Of a stretch of DNA of 45,189 nucleotides, positions 39,143 to 45,189 are shown in pieces (positions within the stretch are counted from its first letter, which is position 1; each line of letters starts with the position of its first letter). Source of the DNA: a virus (Duplodnaviria > Heunggongvirae > Uroviricota > Caudoviricetes); IMG/VR virus record IMGVR_UViG_2617270960_000003, positions 1 to 45,189 of that record; one strand, given 5' to 3'. The notes beneath the pieces were generated by a model. The model was not told where the DNA came from, made no database searches, and saw only the letters and a list, made by a program, of their open reading frames with translations. Made by a program: the position numbers and the translations under genes.

Positions 39143-39623
39143 TGGTTGCCTCCTTCACAAAAATAATCCAATGTGTTTTATCGTTCTTGCCGGTGCGCTG
39201 GCTGATGATTGGTTTCGCGTCGGTTAGTGCCAATATCTGGCGGACAGGCACTTGCGTTTCATTCCATTTAAAAATCAGAATGCCGTGTGGCCACAACACA
39301 CGAAAGGCTTCTTTAAATCCCTGCCTCAAATCATCACGCCAGGTATCTTTATTCAGCCGCCCATATTTCTTTCCCATCCAGGCGTTATCACCAACACGCT
39401 CAAGATGCGGAGGGTCGAATACAACAACCGGAAACGATGCGTCTGCAAATGGTAATGCACGAAAATCTGCTATCAGATCAGGGCTAATTATCAGTCGTCG
39501 TCCATCACATAATGTGTGCTCTTCCTTTCTGATATCGCTAAATATCGCCCGGTCGTCATTCTTATCGAACCAGAACATGCGGCTGCCACAGCACATATCA
39601 AGAATGGTTGCCGGTGCACTCAC
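39129..39623 (-). CDS. small SAM-dependent DNA methyltransferase (DPPH motif), 164 aa
   Basis: ORF track; SAM-binding-like ILDMCCGSRMFWFD and catalytic VVFDPPH. Confidence 0.6.
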   Translation of the reverse strand: MSAPATILDMCCGSRMFWFDKNDDRAIFSDIRKEEHTLCDGRRLIISPDLIADFRALPFADASFPVVVFDPPHLERVGDNAWMGKKYGRLNKDTWRDDLRQGFKEAFRVLWPHGILIFKWNETQVPVRQILALTDAKPIISQRTGKNDKTHWIIFVKEATSEQD

Positions 39624-40042
39624 TGCGCTACCTCCTGAAAATTACCCTGATAAAACGACAATATGCGCTGCATAACTTCGCTTTTACGACACTCAGTACA
39701 AATCATATTATGACGCCTGTCGTAACGACGTATTTCTCCATCAGGTAATGACCAGATAAGGTCCGGATCAACCGCAGATGGTTTCTTCAGCTTTGCCCTT
39801 GAGAGCTTTTTACGGGCATTTTGCCAGTCCTTACGCGCCTGTTCAGACGGGAATAACCCGTAACCAGAGTTGTATACATCGCCGCTGGCAACCAGCTCTC
39901 TGGCCAGAACGTTCATCAGATATCTTGTTGCCCCAGTTTTAGTTTCCAGTTGTCGTAACGTCTCGCGCCCACTCTGGCGTACGAGTTCAACAACCTGCCC
40001 TTTAATTTTCTCCCGCTCTTCTTGTGTAAAAACTTTTGCCAC
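39620..40042 (-). CDS. hypothetical protein, 140 aa
   Basis: ORF track; operon position downstream of the O-like gene; C-terminal CxxC. Confidence 0.45.
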   Translation of the reverse strand: MAKVFTQEEREKIKGQVVELVRQSGRETLRQLETKTGATRYLMNVLARELVASGDVYNSGYGLFPSEQARKDWQNARKKLSRAKLKKPSAVDPDLIWSLPDGEIRRYDRRHNMICTECRKSEVMQRILSFYQGNFQEVAQ

Positions 40043-40082
40043 AAGCCCTCCTGAAAATTACCTCATGACCAGAAATTAACAC

Positions 40083-41045
40083 TTACCCCCTGAAGCCCGG
40101 CGGAATTTCAGTGTCCGGTTCAGAAATGTGATTCACGCAACGCTGCGCAGGCGAACGCCCCAGGCGGATAACCAGTTCATCCCATTTTTCCCGGAGTTTT
40201 GCCGGACTCATGATGTTTTTTACCCAGAACGAATCCCGCTGGAGACGCCCAAACATTTCACAAATTTGTCTGTGAGTTCTGCCATCCAGCATCCGCATTG
40301 TGCGAACGTCATTGGCCCATGCTGTCCAGTTGGGTTCTTTCGGTCTAGTGATCTCGCCATCATCGCTGGCCGCCTGCTCGTAAAGACTCACGATTCGTCC
40401 CCAGATCCACTGTGCGCACACCAAATCTTCCTGACTTCCCCACTGGCGTTTTTTCGCACTGAACACAACCGCGTCAGGGTGTCGGGTTAAAAAATCCTGT
40501 TCAGCCGTCTGCGGGTCCGGTTGCGAAGCGTCCGGACAAGAAGATCTTTTATCTGACGGATCAGGTTTTAATACTGACGGATCGGGGTCAATCATCGCCC
40601 CCCTAATCGGCAGTTTTTTATCAACAGTTGATCCATCAAAATTTGACGGGTCAACCGTTGAGGGGTCAATATTTGACGGGTCAACTGTTAACGGGTCATT
40701 TTTTGCCGGGCTAATTTTTCTTTTCGGTTTATATGACTCACGCGCCGCCGCCGCAGCTGCTTCGAGTTTTTCCACATTAAGCCGATAGATATTGCTTACA
40801 TTACGCCCACCGACCTTACGCTCTTCCTTCGTCAGCCAGCCCTCTTTCGCCAGTTCTGCAATAGCCGATTTCACTGTGGATTCACTTCTTGCACCGATCT
40901 GACGCCGGATAGTTTCAATGGCAGGCCATGACACGCCCTCGTCATTGCTGTAGTCTGCAAGACGGGCCATAACCGCCACCCTGGATAAGATCATGCCGGT
41001 GAAGGCGCACCCTTCCCAGACAAGACCATGAAGCTTGCTGCTCAT
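40083..41045 (-). CDS. replication initiator (lambda O-like; N-terminal winged-helix), about 320 aa
   Basis: ORF track (ATG at 41043-41045 preferred over upstream GTG); HTH-like N-terminus; gene contains iteron repeats, as lambda O contains ori. Confidence 0.65.
   Translation of the reverse strand: MSSKLHGLVWEGCAFTGMILSRVAVMARLADYSNDEGVSWPAIETIRRQIGARSESTVKSAIAELAKEGWLTKEERKVGGRNVSNIYRLNVEKLEAAAAAARESYKPKRKISPAKNDPLTVDPSNIDPSTVDPSNFDGSTVDKKLPIRGAMIDPDPSVLKPDPSDKRSSCPDASQPDPQTAEQDFLTRHPDAVVFSAKKRQWGSQEDLVCAQWIWGRIVSLYEQAASDDGEITRPKEPNWTAWANDVRTMRMLDGRTHRQICEMFGRLQRDSFWVKNIMSPAKLREKWDELVIRLGRSPAQRCVNHISEPDTEIPPGFRG
40630..40740. repeat. origin-like iterons (4-5 copies of TTGACGGGTCAAC-like motif) then AT-rich tract, inside the O-like gene
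   Basis: atcaacagttgatccatcaaa / atttgacgggtcaaccg / ttgaggggtcaata / tttgacgggtcaactg / ttaacgggtcatttttt, followed by ttttgccgggctaatttttcttttcgg. Confidence 0.65.
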
Positions 41046-41067
41046 AAAACCCCCGAACACCGTGCTT

Positions 41068-41493
41068 TTAGTGCATCACCACAGCATTCCCTGCCGGGCC
41101 GCCGCGATTCATCTGGTCATACAAAACAACCGCTGACGCAACAAAATCATCGACATCCTTCACCAGCCGATCCCTCCGTTCGACGATCTCACGGTAATAT
41201 TCAGAACTGTGGCTGCGCATACGGGCCACCAGCAAAGGCGGCATCGCCTTTTCGATCGCCGGTAACAGAGCCTGCATTTTTTCAACAGCATCAGGGGTGT
41301 CTTTATCCAGCCAACGGAAAATTTTCTGGGTATTACGGGCCAGGGCTTCCGGATGGCTGTCGTCGTACAGTTCAGGGAACGTCATCCCCAGTTCGAAATA
41401 AGTCCGGGCTATTTCAGCTGCAGGAACTTTCTCACCATCAGGGTATGCCCAGGCATTCATCGCCATGCGGATGTGCTCATGTTTGATTTTCAT
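41068..41493 (-). CDS. YdaT-like protein (cII position), 141 aa
   Basis: ORF track; N-terminus MKIKHEHI as recalled for Rac YdaT; position after the Cro-like gene. Confidence 0.5.
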   Translation of the reverse strand: MKIKHEHIRMAMNAWAYPDGEKVPAAEIARTYFELGMTFPELYDDSHPEALARNTQKIFRWLDKDTPDAVEKMQALLPAIEKAMPPLLVARMRSHSSEYYREIVERRDRLVKDVDDFVASAVVLYDQMNRGGPAGNAVVMH

Positions 41494-41800
41494 GAATCAT
41501 TTGCCTCTTGATGCTTCGGGTATGATCGTTTTCGTCATTTGGTTGCTTCATCGACATATTCTGCGAATAACATGACGAGCGTCGTAAGTATGTCCAATCA
41601 ACATCAGGACGAAGTTCTTCACACAGGACACCACCTTTTGTTGCTCGTTCAATCGCAGGACATCTCTCAGCAGGTAACTGACGTACACCTTTGATCCATT
41701 GATTTACGCTTGGAGGAGATACACCTAAAAGCCTAGCCATTGCTGATTGCCCACCGACAACAGCACAAGCTCGTTTGAATGAATAGTTATCTTTTTTCAT
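41477..41800 (-). CDS. Cro-like HTH regulator (YdaS-like), 107 aa from internal ATG
   Basis: GGAG upstream of ATG at 41798-41800; HTH-like AMARLLGVSPPSVNQWIKG; divergent from the repressor gene. Confidence 0.6.
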   Translation of the reverse strand: MKKDNYSFKRACAVVGGQSAMARLLGVSPPSVNQWIKGVRQLPAERCPAIERATKGGVLCEELRPDVDWTYLRRSSCYSQNMSMKQPNDENDHTRSIKRQMIHENQT

Positions 41801-41829
41801 CGAATGAACTCCAAAAAACACGCAACAAT

Positions 41830-41872
41830 ATTAGGCTTAGCCTAATGAAATTGTCAATAGGCTATGCCTAAT
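41830..41872. promoter_or_regulatory. right operator/promoter region between repressor and cro-like genes
   Basis: Perfect 17-bp palindrome ATTAGGCTTAGCCTAAT (41830-41846) plus 22-bp site TTGTCAATAGGCTATGCCTAAT (41851-41872), repeated inverted at 42495-42516. Confidence 0.55.
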
Positions 41873-41924
41873 ACATCGAGAGTAGGGATTGCCTAACGCG
41901 ATGCGCATAGGAGACTATTAAGCA

Positions 41925-42401
41925 ATGCTTAGTGGTAAAGACTTAGGCCGAGCGATAGAGCAGGCCATTAACAAAAAAATTGCATCAGGAGCCGTCAAAT
42001 CAAAGGCGGAAATCGCACGTCATTTCAAAGTCCAACCACCATCAATCCATGACTGGATTAAGAAAGGTTCGATAAGTAAAGACAAACTTCCAGAACTATG
42101 GCGTTTCTTTTCTGATGTGGTTGGTCCAGAGCATTGGGGGCTTAACGAATACCCCATACCAACCCCATCCACTTCAGATACAAAAAGTGAACTTTTAGAC
42201 ATAAACAGCCTTTATCAAGCCGCCTCTGATGAAAAAAGAGCAATTGTGGCTTTCATCTTATCTGGAAATGCTACGGAGCCTAGTTGGGTTGATCATGACG
42301 TTCGCGCCTACATTGCCGCAATGGAAATGAAGGTAGCTAACTATCTGAAAAATCAAGAATCAAAACGGAAAAGCCAGAACATCACCAAGACAGGAACTTA
42401 A
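41925..42401 (+). CDS. prophage repressor (RacR-like HTH), 158 aa
   Basis: ORF track; HTH-like SKAEIARHFKVQPPSIHDWIKKG; divergent from cro-like gene and flanked by operator repeats; same size as Rac RacR as recalled. Confidence 0.65.
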   Translation: MLSGKDLGRAIEQAINKKIASGAVKSKAEIARHFKVQPPSIHDWIKKGSISKDKLPELWRFFSDVVGPEHWGLNEYPIPTPSTSDTKSELLDINSLYQAASDEKRAIVAFILSGNATEPSWVDHDVRAYIAAMEMKVANYLKNQESKRKSQNITKTGT

Positions 42402-42464
42402 ACTTATATGGTCCGACGGGAAATTCCTAGTTCCCGTTAGTTAACTCCTACTACCTCTCCCACA

Positions 42465-42530
42465 AACCATCACCTATTAGGTTGCGCCCAAATTATTAGG
42501 CATAGCCTATTGACAAGTAATTAGGCATTT
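42465..42530. promoter_or_regulatory. left operator region (inverted copy of the 22-bp site plus extra TTAGGC half-sites)
   Basis: ATTAGGCATAGCCTATTGACAA at 42495-42516 is the exact reverse complement of 41851-41872; extra ttaggc at 42521-42526 and attagg at 42471-42476. Confidence 0.5.
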
Positions 42531-42714
42531 CCTATAGTTTTCCCATACCAACCCATCCCACACAATACAGGGCAATACCTCGAGTTACCAGGCAGTGGTC
42601 AGGGGTTAAGTAGCCAGCCCGAGGCGTAAGAACATGACGGCAGGGTTCAACTTTAATAACTATGCAGCAGGTTTTTGTTCCGCTACCCCGGCGTTAAGGG
42701 GAAATGAGGTCAGC

Positions 42715-42870
42715 ATGGATACTATCGATCTTGGCAACAACGAATCTCTGGTGTACGGCGTGTTTCCAAACCAGGACGGCACGTTCACCGCAATGACGTA
42801 TACCAAAAGCAAAACGTTTAAAACCGAAAATGGTGCCCGTCGCTGGCTGGAAAGAAACTCAGGTGAGTGA
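42715..42870 (+). CDS. small early-left protein, 51 aa
   Basis: GAGG 5 nt upstream of ATG at 42715; track ORF 42634..42870 starts earlier without a ribosome-binding site. Confidence 0.4.
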   Translation: MDTIDLGNNESLVYGVFPNQDGTFTAMTYTKSKTFKTENGARRWLERNSGE

Positions 42871-42871
42871 T

Positions 42872-43000
42872 ATGGATTTCGACACAATCATGGAAAAGGC
42901 TTACGAAGAATACTTCGAAGGCCTTGCCGAAGGCGAAGAAGCTCTCAGCTTCAGTGAGTTTAAACAGGCGCTTTCCAGCTCGGCAAAATCTAACGGCTGA
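42872..43000 (+). CDS. small acidic early-left protein, 42 aa (below track length cut-off)
   Basis: Hand translation MDFDTIMEKAYEEYFEGLAEGEEALSFSEFKQALSSSAKSNG; starts 1 nt after the previous stop. Confidence 0.35.
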   Translation: MDFDTIMEKAYEEYFEGLAEGEEALSFSEFKQALSSSAKSNG

Positions 43001-43029
43001 TAAGCGAAGCAGCACCGCGAGGAATCAGT

Positions 43030-43248
43030 ATGCAGAAACGAGAACCCGTCATCATCGCGCCAGACTATACCGATGATGAACTTTATGAGTGGATGCACCA
43101 GAAAATTAATGCAGCGCAGGATCTGAAATGGGCCAATGAAGCCAGGGCTAAGCAGGCTGAAAATCTGTCCGCTCTGGAGCAGGATATCACTAATCTGGAA
43201 AAAGCAGCGGCATTAAGCATTGCCAGAATGATTACATACCCGCGTTAA
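43030..43248 (+). CDS. hypothetical early-left protein, 72 aa
   Basis: ORF track; GAGGAA upstream of ATG. Confidence 0.5.
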   Translation: MQKREPVIIAPDYTDDELYEWMHQKINAAQDLKWANEARAKQAENLSALEQDITNLEKAAALSIARMITYPR

Positions 43249-43816
43249 TAGCTAACCAACGAAGCTAAGGTTGGTAATTAAGGAGTTCTCCACGGGTGAG
43301 GTGGAGTGCGTGCGCCGGACACGGGTGAGCATCCGGCACTGACAGTTTACTGAAAGGATATTTCCCTGAAAAGTCAGACCATAACGCGAAAGCGCACGGC
43401 GAGGTAGCTGGTTCATAGATAGCCTGTCGTTAAATTTTCGTCGACCGTGCGCTTCCGGTTGTGGCAATCCGCGAAATGGCGCGGCGGTAAGTATGGCGGG
43501 GTTATTCCTTCCACCGTTGAGGACACTGGGTTGTCAGGTTGACCATACGCTTAAGTGACAACCCCGCTGCAACGCCCTCTGTTATCAATTTTCTGGTGAC
43601 GTTTGGCGGTATCAGTTTTACTCCGTGACTGCTCTGCCGCCCTTTTTAAAGTGAATTTTGTGATGTGGTGAATGCGGCTGAGCGCACGCGGAACAGTTAA
43701 AACCAAAAACAGTGTTATGGGTGGATTCTCTGTATCCGGCGTTAATTGTTAACTGGTTAACGTCACCTGGAGGCACCAGGCACTGCATCACAAAATTCAT
43801 TGTTGAGGACGCGATA

Positions 43817-44005
43817 ATGAAAACGTTATTACCAAACGTTAATACGTCTGAAGGTTGTTTTGAAATTGGTGTCACTATCAGTAACCCAGCATTTACTGAA
43901 GATGCCATTAACAAGAGAAAACAAGAACGGGAGCTATTAAATAAAATATGCATTGTTTCAATGCTGGCTCGTTTACGTCTGATGCCAAAAGGATGTGCAC
44001 AATGA
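43817..44005 (+). CDS. hypothetical small protein, 62 aa
   Basis: GAGGA 7 nt upstream of ATG at 43817 (internal start of track ORF 43712..44005); ATGA coupling to next ORF. Confidence 0.4.
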   Translation: MKTLLPNVNTSEGCFEIGVTISNPAFTEDAINKRKQERELLNKICIVSMLARLRLMPKGCAQ

Positions 44006-44193
44006 ATTCAGCATTTGTGCTTGTTCTGACAGTTTTTCTTGTTTCCGGAGAGCCAGTTGATATTGCAGTCAGTGTTCACAGGACAATGCAGGAGTGTATG
44101 ACTGCAGCAACCGAACAGAAAATTCCCGGTAACTGTTACCCGGTCGATAAAGTTATTCACCAGGATAATATCGAAATCCCGGCAGGTCTTTAA
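44002..44193 (+). CDS. hypothetical small protein with signal-peptide-like N-terminus, 63 aa
   Basis: AAGGA upstream of ATG at 44002 (internal start of track ORF 43948..44193); hydrophobic MNSAFVLVLTVFLVSG. Confidence 0.4.
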   Translation: MNSAFVLVLTVFLVSGEPVDIAVSVHRTMQECMTAATEQKIPGNCYPVDKVIHQDNIEIPAGL

Positions 44194-44286
44194 AACAGTT
44201 CCGTAATAAATATCCGGTTTCATTCTTATATGCCAGCAATGGCAGGGATTTGTTCATCCTTAAATCTGTCATGAGGTTAAAACAAA

Positions 44287-45189
44287 ATGAGTAAAGTCTT
44301 TATTTGCGCCGCTATTCCTGACGAACTGGCAACAAGGGAAGAAGGCGCTGTGGCTGTAGCCACAGCCATTGAAGCTGGCGACGAACGCCGTGCTCGAGCA
44401 AAATTTCACTGGCAATTCCTGGAACATTATCCGGCTGCTCAGGACTGCGCTTATAAATTTATTGTCTGCGAGGATAAACCTGGCATACCCCGCCCTGCCC
44501 TCGATTCATGGGATGCTGAATATATGCAGGAAAACCGCTGGGATGAGGAGTCTGCTTCTTTTGTCCCGGTTGAGACTGAATCCGATCCGATGAACGTCAC
44601 TTTTGACAAGCTGGCCCCTGAAGTACAGAACGCTGTCATGGTTAAGTTCGACACATGTGAAAACATCACCGTTGATATGGTTATTAGCGCACAGGAATTG
44701 TTGCAGGAAGACATGGCAACATTCGACGGACATATCGTTGAAGCGTTGATGAAAATGCCAGAAGTTAACGCCATGTATCCGGAGCTTAAGTTGCACGCCA
44801 TTGGGTGGGTTAAGCATAAATGTATTCCTGGTGCTAAATGGCCCGAAATTCAGGCAGAGATGCGCATCTGGAAAAAACGTCGTGAAGGTGAACGCAAGGA
44901 AACCGGAAAATACACGTCTGTTGTTGATCTCGCCCGCGCCAGAGCCAATCAACAGTACACTGAAAATTCAACAGGAAAAATCAGCCCGGTCATTGCTGCC
45001 ATTCATCGCGAATACAAGCAGACATGGAAAACACTGGATGACGAACTGGCCTACGCTCTCTGGCCTGGTGATGTGGATGCCGGAAACATTGACGGCAGCA
45101 TCCATCGCTGGGCAAAAAAAGAAGTTATCGACAACGACCGCGAAGACTGGAAGCGTATCTCGGCATCAATGCGCAAACAGCCTGATGCC
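44287..45189 (+). CDS. hypothetical early-left protein, at least 301 aa, 3' end beyond window
   Basis: Reading frame open from ATG 44287 to the window end; absent from the track because no stop is reached. Confidence 0.55.
   Translation, partial: MSKVFICAAIPDELATREEGAVAVATAIEAGDERRARAKFHWQFLEHYPAAQDCAYKFIVCEDKPGIPRPALDSWDAEYMQENRWDEESASFVPVETESDPMNVTFDKLAPEVQNAVMVKFDTCENITVDMVISAQELLQEDMATFDGHIVEALMKMPEVNAMYPELKLHAIGWVKHKCIPGAKWPEIQAEMRIWKKRREGERKETGKYTSVVDLARARANQQYTENSTGKISPVIAAIHREYKQTWKTLDDELAYALWPGDVDAGNIDGSIHRWAKKEVIDNDREDWKRISASMRKQPDA

Noticed and set aside
43260-43720. Retron msr-msd non-coding RNA
   Set aside because: No reverse transcriptase gene adjacent; stem-loops alone are insufficient.
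43618-43953. 111-aa minus-strand ORF
   Set aside because: Antisense to two translationally coupled plus-strand small ORFs with ribosome-binding sites, in a plus-strand operon context.
44451-44952. Minus-strand ORFs 44451..44801 and 44506..44952
   Set aside because: Antisense to a plus-strand reading frame open from 44287 to the window end with a plausible start and operon context.
1-45189. Integrase, excisionase and att sites
   Set aside because: None recognisable; by gene order they should lie beyond the right edge of the window (and attR beyond tfa on the left).

Overview
The window is almost entirely one lambdoid prophage of an Escherichia/Shigella-type host, inverted relative to the lambda map. 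The minus strand carries, left to right: tfa (5' end only), stf, lom, J, I, K, L, M, H, G/G-T, V, U, Z, FII, FI, E, D, C, B, W, A and Nu1, then cosN at 23568-23579. Next come the lysis cassette (Rz/Rz1, SAR endolysin, DUF1327 protein, pinholin), nanS-p esterase, a tRNA cluster, a DNA methyltransferase, the late promoter/terminator, Q, rusA, a DUF968 protein, a rem-like ORF and hok. The right end holds the early region: an O-like replication initiator with internal iterons, YdaT-like and YdaS/Cro-like genes, a divergent RacR-like repressor flanked by operator repeats, and early-left small genes; integrase and att sites lie outside the window. No stx genes are present at the usual Q-tRNA-nanS position. 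Calls rest on reading the translations against lambda and E. coli prophage proteins from memory; no database search was run. The most interesting content is AT-rich cargo at three hotspots: a Hanks-type Ser/Thr kinase with a PP2C phosphatase (36073-37567) beside hok; a convergent two-gene module between cos and Rz (23803-25432); and a small Cys-rich ORF with paired hairpin-headed repeats at the empty stx locus (29450-30760). The tail module shows decay (opal stop in L, apparent frameshifts at the 3' end of J), suggesting a defective prophage retained for its cargo.
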